From positions 1 to 37,598 of the forward strand of contig QMZG01000001.1 of NCBI GenBank assembly GCA_003663045.1: a DNA stretch of 37,598 bases. Direction: 5' to 3'. The position numbers and the translations under genes were made by a program. Within the stretch, counting starts at the first letter, position 1, and every line of letters starts with the position of its first letter. Below the pieces are notes generated by a model, which saw only the letters and a list, made by a program, of their open reading frames with translations, was not told where the DNA came from and ran no database searches. Below are positions 33,006 through 37,598 of the stretch, piece by piece. The DNA is from Candidatus Altiarchaeales archaeon (lineage in GTDB: Archaea > Altiarchaeota > Altiarchaeia > IMC4 > QMZM01).

Positions 33006-34226
33006 ATGGATGCGATAATTTTAGCGGCGGGTGAAGGTACCAGGCTGAGACCATTGACCTCCACCAGACCGAAGCCCATGTTGCAGGTTGCTGGAAAGAC
33101 CATATTGGAATGGGATCTGGAAGCATTGGCCAGGAACGGATTCAATAAAGCGATAGTTGTTGTTGGTTATAAAAAAGAGGTCATAGTTGATTATTTTGGT
33201 AAAAAATTTAATGGAATCAAGCTGGAATATGTAAATCAGAGGGAGCAACTTGGAACTGCTCACGCCGTCTCGATGGCTGAAGGTAAAGTAAAAAAAGAAT
33301 TTCTGGTTATGAATGGTGATCTCATCGTATCCGAAAAACTGATCTCTAATTTTATCAAGGATCATAAAAAGAATAAATCCGAGAATAGCATGTGCTTGGT
33401 TGATGTCAAAGATCCTTCTGAGTTTGGAATTGTGCAATTGAGAGGGTTCTTAGTAAAAAAAATAACAGAGAAGCCAAGGGAATCAAAGAGTAGATTGGCA
33501 AATGCCGGGATATATGTCTTCAATGAAGAAATCTTTGGTGCAATAAGAAATGTAAAGAAATCAAAGCGCTTGGAATATGAACTGACCGATGCTATTAAAA
33601 CCTTAATTCCGGAGAAGAGGGTTCATGGTTTTAAAGCAAAGGGTATGTGGATCGACATAGGAAGACCCTGGGATCTATTGGGGGCAAATGAAACCATTCT
33701 CAATGAAATGAAACTGAAAAAGGATAAAAGGGTAAAGATCGAGAAATTTGCGGTAATCAAGGGGGATGTTCATATCGGAAATGGAACCCTGATAAGATCG
33801 GGTTCATACATAGAAGGCCCCTGCTATATCGGAGAAAATTGCATCATAGGACCCAACTGTTACATAAGACCCTGCTCCTCGATAAAGGACAATGTGCATA
33901 TCGGAAATGCAGTAGAGATAAAGAATTCCATTATCATGTCTGGAACTAATGTTGGACATCTATCTTATATAGGAGACAGCATTATTGGAGAAAATTGTAA
34001 CTTCGGTGCTGGAACCAAGGTAGCAAATTTAAGGGTGGATAATGATGAGGTCAGAATAGAGATAAAAAATAAACTCACAAGATCTGGGAGGAGAAAATTC
34101 GGTTGCCTAATGGGGGATAACGTCAAAACTGGAATTAATGTTTCCATAATGCCTGGAAGATCTATCTATCCCGGGGCGTATGTTGAAGCCGGTAGTGTTG
34201 TTAGAAATACTATTTATAGTGAATAA
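33006..34226 (+). CDS. bifunctional sugar-1-phosphate nucleotidylyltransferase / left-handed beta-helix acetyltransferase (archaeal GlmU-like)
   Basis: 'AIILAAGEGTRLRPLTSTRPKPML' at the N-terminus. Hexapeptide repeats fill the C-terminal half (IGNGTLI..., IGENCII..., IGNAVEI..., IGENCNF...). Confidence 0.85.
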   Translation: MDAIILAAGEGTRLRPLTSTRPKPMLQVAGKTILEWDLEALARNGFNKAIVVVGYKKEVIVDYFGKKFNGIKLEYVNQREQLGTAHAVSMAEGKVKKEFLVMNGDLIVSEKLISNFIKDHKKNKSENSMCLVDVKDPSEFGIVQLRGFLVKKITEKPRESKSRLANAGIYVFNEEIFGAIRNVKKSKRLEYELTDAIKTLIPEKRVHGFKAKGMWIDIGRPWDLLGANETILNEMKLKKDKRVKIEKFAVIKGDVHIGNGTLIRSGSYIEGPCYIGENCIIGPNCYIRPCSSIKDNVHIGNAVEIKNSIIMSGTNVGHLSYIGDSIIGENCNFGAGTKVANLRVDNDEVRIEIKNKLTRSGRRKFGCLMGDNVKTGINVSIMPGRSIYPGAYVEAGSVVRNTIYSE

Positions 34227-34240
34227 AAAAGCTAATAAAA

Positions 34241-34717
34241 ATGCAATTCAGAGACCTAAACAAGATCCTGATTACATCAATCTTGATTTTATACCTGAGC
34301 AGTTTTGCAGCCGCGGAGGATAAACTAAAGCCCGTTTTGGATGAAATCTATGGTGTTATAAAAACAATTGCTGGAAAATTGAGAGATATATTCTTTTCTT
34401 TCTTTCCCTCATTTGAAGATTATCTAATCGAGACAATGGATTTTATTGATAAAAATTTTCCCATTATGAAGGACTTTCATTGGATAATCTATCTGGCAAT
34501 ATTTTTTGCTGTAATGGCGATACTTTCAAAATTATGGGAAATCTCGAGGTATTATATAATAAATTCGGTCATTGGTATAATTCTGCTCTTGATATTGATC
34601 CATATCTTGGAGGTAAAAATTAAGATAACACTACTGACATTGATCATTGCAACCCTCTTCGGGGTTCCAGGGATTTTATTTATCCTGATACTGCATTACT
34701 GTGGGATTGTTATTTAA
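34241..34717 (+). CDS. small membrane protein; the C-terminal half is BofA-like
   Basis: Signal-like N-terminus. 'INSVIGIILLLILIHIL...LFGVPGILFILILH' resembles the BofA family. Weak call. Confidence 0.45.
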   Translation: MQFRDLNKILITSILILYLSSFAAAEDKLKPVLDEIYGVIKTIAGKLRDIFFSFFPSFEDYLIETMDFIDKNFPIMKDFHWIIYLAIFFAVMAILSKLWEISRYYIINSVIGIILLLILIHILEVKIKITLLTLIIATLFGVPGILFILILHYCGIVI

Positions 34718-34773
34718 TCCGAGTGGTAATTCATTTGAAATTGCTCAATAACTTGTGGGATTAATCATTGCTT

Positions 34774-35725
34774 TTATGCTATTCTTCCGTACTCGCTTCT
34801 CGTTCCGTAGCTGATCTTCTTCTTGATTACGAGTTCTCTTAACGCTATCTCTACCGGATTATTATGCAGTGATATCGTCAATGCTATCCTTTTGTCCAGT
34901 TCCTCATAATCCGTTCTGGTGGAAAATAACTCCTCAAACTGTCGTTCCAGAAACTCCTTTTGCCTATCATCTGGATTTTCCTTGTATTCCTTAAGTTGTT
35001 CGTAGAACTTCCAGATATCTGTAAGGAAGTCGTGGAGTTTGATACGGCGCCATTCTAAAAAGGGATTAAGCTTCCTGTAGTACCTTATTTCATGTATCCA
35101 ACATAATGCATGTAAGATTGCAACACCCCAGAACTGTTTTGCATCGTCAGAGATCATGATCTTTTCGATCTGTTCATCCTTGCTCAACCCGAGGATAGCA
35201 TGCACATAATGATTCATACCCTTGTGTCTTGCACCTATGTCATCTATATGAAAATACTCTGAGGATTTCATTCCAGCCTTGAGAATATTATCCTTTTCCA
35301 TCCTTTTCCAGGGTAAACTCCTCTCTATTCGTCTTGGTTAGAAATTGGATATCTGACCCTGGGATATAACGGCTCCGTTTTCGTTTAACATCTCCCAGAT
35401 TTTCTTTTCAGAAACTCTGCACGCAATAGAGATAGACTACGAATGCCTTTATTTAATAACGCTCCAACCTGTATTCTGTGTTATTGGTCTCAAATATGAT
35501 ATCCTGTACAACTACGCTTCTATAACCCTTATGTTTTGCATCCGGTGGAAGTATGCCTGGATCAACCCTTCTAACAGCTTTCTTATCCTCAAAATCTATT
35601 CTTCTGAATTAAGGGATAGTATTTCTTTGGGTATAACCAAGAGACTGCGGCTTAAAACACCGCATTTGGATTTATCTTTAAAACGATGAAGTTTCTGCGG
35701 CTTCCTACACTCTATCAGATGATAC
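34774..35725 (-). pseudogene. decayed IS66-like (ISBst12-type) transposase
   Basis: The intact C-terminal ORF (34774-35301) has 'DDAKQF...LCWIHEIRYYRK' and 'HNNPVEIALRELVIKKKISYGTRS', resembling the IS66-family CWAHxRR and NNxxER...RK regions. My translation of the upstream reverse strand gives three broken fragments. They are '..ECRKPQKLHRFKDKSKCGVLSRSLLVIPKEILSLNSEE*', 'FRRIDFEDKKAVRRVDPGILPPDAKHKGYRSVVVQDIIFETNNTEYRLERY*' (stop at 35453-35455) and 'GAVISQGQISNF*'. The fragments lie in different frames, and no intact start codon was found. Confidence 0.6.
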
Positions 35726-35884
35726 TAAATAGTATTTTTGCTTCGACACTTAATAAATAATACAACTTCTCCCCAAAATAGGAGAGGAGCCTATATTTTT
35801 GTACATTCAAGTTAAAATACTTTTAGTCCACTGGATATTGAGCATGTTCAACTAGATAGTATTTGTCGCAAAGAAAAATGGCAA

Positions 35885-37108
35885 GTGGTACATCGTGCGG
35901 GGAATATGGTAATCAACTTCCAAAATTGGAATAACATGAAATCTAAAATTCTAATCTTCGGGGCAGTCTATCTGTTAGCTTTTACTTTAGGGTGTGTGCA
36001 ACAACCGGTGGAGAAGACAATCACTACTATACAGACGACAAGCACAGTAAGCATCCAGAGTTCACTCTGTCACATACATATAGAGGAATTCACCTCAAGA
36101 GAGAAGCCAGAATACTATGTATTCGAAGGTATAAATCAAAAGGAGGTAATATTGAATGCTATCAATGAAATTAAAAAGAATTCAAAGAGAGATTATGATA
36201 TGGTATGCAGATATGGAAATAAAATCCTGATTAGACCAGATGAGATAGTTTTGAAAAAATGTTCAGTGCAAGGAACGCCATCAGAAGCCTGCTATGATCA
36301 AAAAGAAAAGGCAATTTATTTAAGTTATCGTCCGCTGCTAAACCCTAAACGATTACCCTCTATATTAGTTCACGAGTCATGTCATGGAATGGAACTTGAA
36401 ACAACAGGCCATACCAGCGAAGGATCATGCATAAAAAGGGAGATGCTTTACAAGGCATCTTCCGAGAAGAAATCCTTTTATTGCGAAAAAGAGATTGTTA
36501 CCAGCAGTTATTATCATGATAAGGGCCATATTTGGCATATTAAGGGTGTATGTACCTTCATTAACGATGAAAATAAAGATAGAACAATCTGCGTTGTGGT
36601 ATACTCTAAAGATGGTGAAAAAGTTGTCAATCAAACTAAGGTATGTTCCTACACACCCGCAGGTAAAACCTCCAAAAAGAAATTCTATATAAGTAGTAGG
36701 TCAAATTCGTTGGAATTCAGGGAAGTTACGAAGGATACAGAAACATCAACTCAAACGACAAGTACAGTAGAAACTATACATGTCGTTAGCACAGCACTTG
36801 ATGTCTCTGGGTGTGAGAGGATAGATAACCAGGAGAGTAGATATATGTGTTATTATGCTGTGGCAAAAGTACAAGATAACCCCGCCATATGTGAGAAAAT
36901 AAGCGATCAAAATCTGTTATACTGCTGTAAGGCCGTAACAAAAAAAGACCCAGATATATGTGAGATGATAGAAGATCAAGAGAATAAATACTGGTGTTAC
37001 TCCAGAGTAGCAATAGTAAAAAAGGATCAAAGTATCTGTGAAAAGATAAAGAGTCAAGAAGGGAGAGATCACTGTTATCAGGATGTGGCAAAGAGTAGGT
37101 TAACATAG
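35885..37108 (+). CDS. secreted/lipoprotein-like protein with an HExxH metallopeptidase motif and four C-terminal Cys repeats
   Basis: The likely start is Met-18 at 35936 (MKSKILIFGAVYLLAFTLGC, lipobox-like). 'LVHESCHGME' lies at 36371-36385. The C-terminal 36812-37105 encodes 4x 'CExIxxQxxxxxCYxxVAxxxxDxxI'. Confidence 0.65.
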   Translation: MVHRAGNMVINFQNWNNMKSKILIFGAVYLLAFTLGCVQQPVEKTITTIQTTSTVSIQSSLCHIHIEEFTSREKPEYYVFEGINQKEVILNAINEIKKNSKRDYDMVCRYGNKILIRPDEIVLKKCSVQGTPSEACYDQKEKAIYLSYRPLLNPKRLPSILVHESCHGMELETTGHTSEGSCIKREMLYKASSEKKSFYCEKEIVTSSYYHDKGHIWHIKGVCTFINDENKDRTICVVVYSKDGEKVVNQTKVCSYTPAGKTSKKKFYISSRSNSLEFREVTKDTETSTQTTSTVETIHVVSTALDVSGCERIDNQESRYMCYYAVAKVQDNPAICEKISDQNLLYCCKAVTKKDPDICEMIEDQENKYWCYSRVAIVKKDQSICEKIKSQEGRDHCYQDVAKSRLT

Positions 37109-37156
37109 CCATCTTTGGATGAATAGGTATCACCCCTTAGTTTTTTATTATGATCA

Positions 37157-37573
37157 TCACATATAAAACGCTAATCCAAACAATGCGATCATGATCAGAT
37201 AGATCACAACACCGATAATAATGCTAACAATCCATGTGATAACTGCTTTAGTATATGTTGTATAAAATACTGATTTGATGATCCACACACTTAAAGATGC
37301 AACTAAAAGAAATCGTAATATTAACAGTATCCATGAAATTGGGGTAATTAAGCCAATGGAACCACCCATAAAGAAGAAATCAATGGACAATAAACTAAAT
37401 ATGATTGATGAACCAGATAAAACAATAACCTCGGCGACTGCGCATGTAATCCCTTTGCTGTATGTAACTTCTTCGATACTGGCAATGTAGGCACCTACCC
37501 ATAAAATAGCTGCCCTTATGAGTACTCCTATTATTAGTACTATCGGAACTAACAGTAGATAAGATAGCAGCAT
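37157..37573 (-). CDS. hypothetical polytopic membrane protein
   Basis: 138 aa with four hydrophobic helices. No family recognised. Confidence 0.5.
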   Translation of the reverse strand: MLLSYLLLVPIVLIIGVLIRAAILWVGAYIASIEEVTYSKGITCAVAEVIVLSGSSIIFSLLSIDFFFMGGSIGLITPISWILLILRFLLVASLSVWIIKSVFYTTYTKAVITWIVSIIIGVVIYLIMIALFGLAFYM

Positions 37574-37598
37574 ACCTTTGAATTGAGCAGGTATAGAC

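Noticed and set aside
33021-33437. 138-aa minus-strand ORF
   Set aside because: It is antisense to the nucleotidyltransferase gene (GxGTRLxPLT motif on the plus strand).
36786-37133. 115-aa minus-strand ORF
   Set aside because: It is antisense to the Cys-repeat C-terminus of the HExxH protein. Its Leu/Ser-rich repetitive sequence mirrors the sense repeats.

Overview
AT-rich, densely coding archaeal chromosomal segment. Archaeal markers are an HMf-type histone, GGGP synthase, ribosomal proteins eL42 (L44e) and eS27 (S27e), archease, TruD/Pus7 and two PAC2 proteasome-chaperone homologues. I cannot place the lineage more precisely from sequence alone. I support about 43 protein genes, one decayed transposase, and no rRNA, tRNA or CRISPR. 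Main blocks: (1) 191-9143, a glycan/envelope island. Its core is a tightly packed four-gene minus-strand operon: Cys-repeat surface protein, processive-type GT2 synthase, GT4, and a 1259-aa polytopic fusion protein with NodB-like motifs. (2) 9.6-19.7 kb, membrane and proteostasis genes: CPBP protease, CaCA exchanger, PAC2-Hsp20-MFS, second PAC2, PflX-type radical SAM, VanZ, histone, GGGPS, CBS-ParB. (3) 19788-23801, a five-gene plus-strand module ending in MoxR AAA+ ATPase and DUF58, preceded by three uncharacterised coiled-coil or membrane proteins. (4) 23.8-34.7 kb, mixed housekeeping and sugar-nucleotide genes: HPS-like, SPFH, IPMS/homocitrate-synthase family, GT4, flippase-like, L44e, S27e, archease, PMM/PGM, MazG, TruD, GlmU-like. 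(5) 34.8-37.6 kb, an IS66-like transposase remnant, then a secreted HExxH protein with Cys repeats and a small membrane protein. Most worth a second look: the synthase-deacetylase-like operon and its modular surface protein. Also notable are a 59-aa ORF (17968-18147, below the ORF-track cutoff) whose GC and codon usage are foreign to the window, the MoxR module, near-perfect 144-bp coding repeats, and a duplicated TATA-bearing promoter segment. All functional calls rest on motif recognition by eye; no database search was run.
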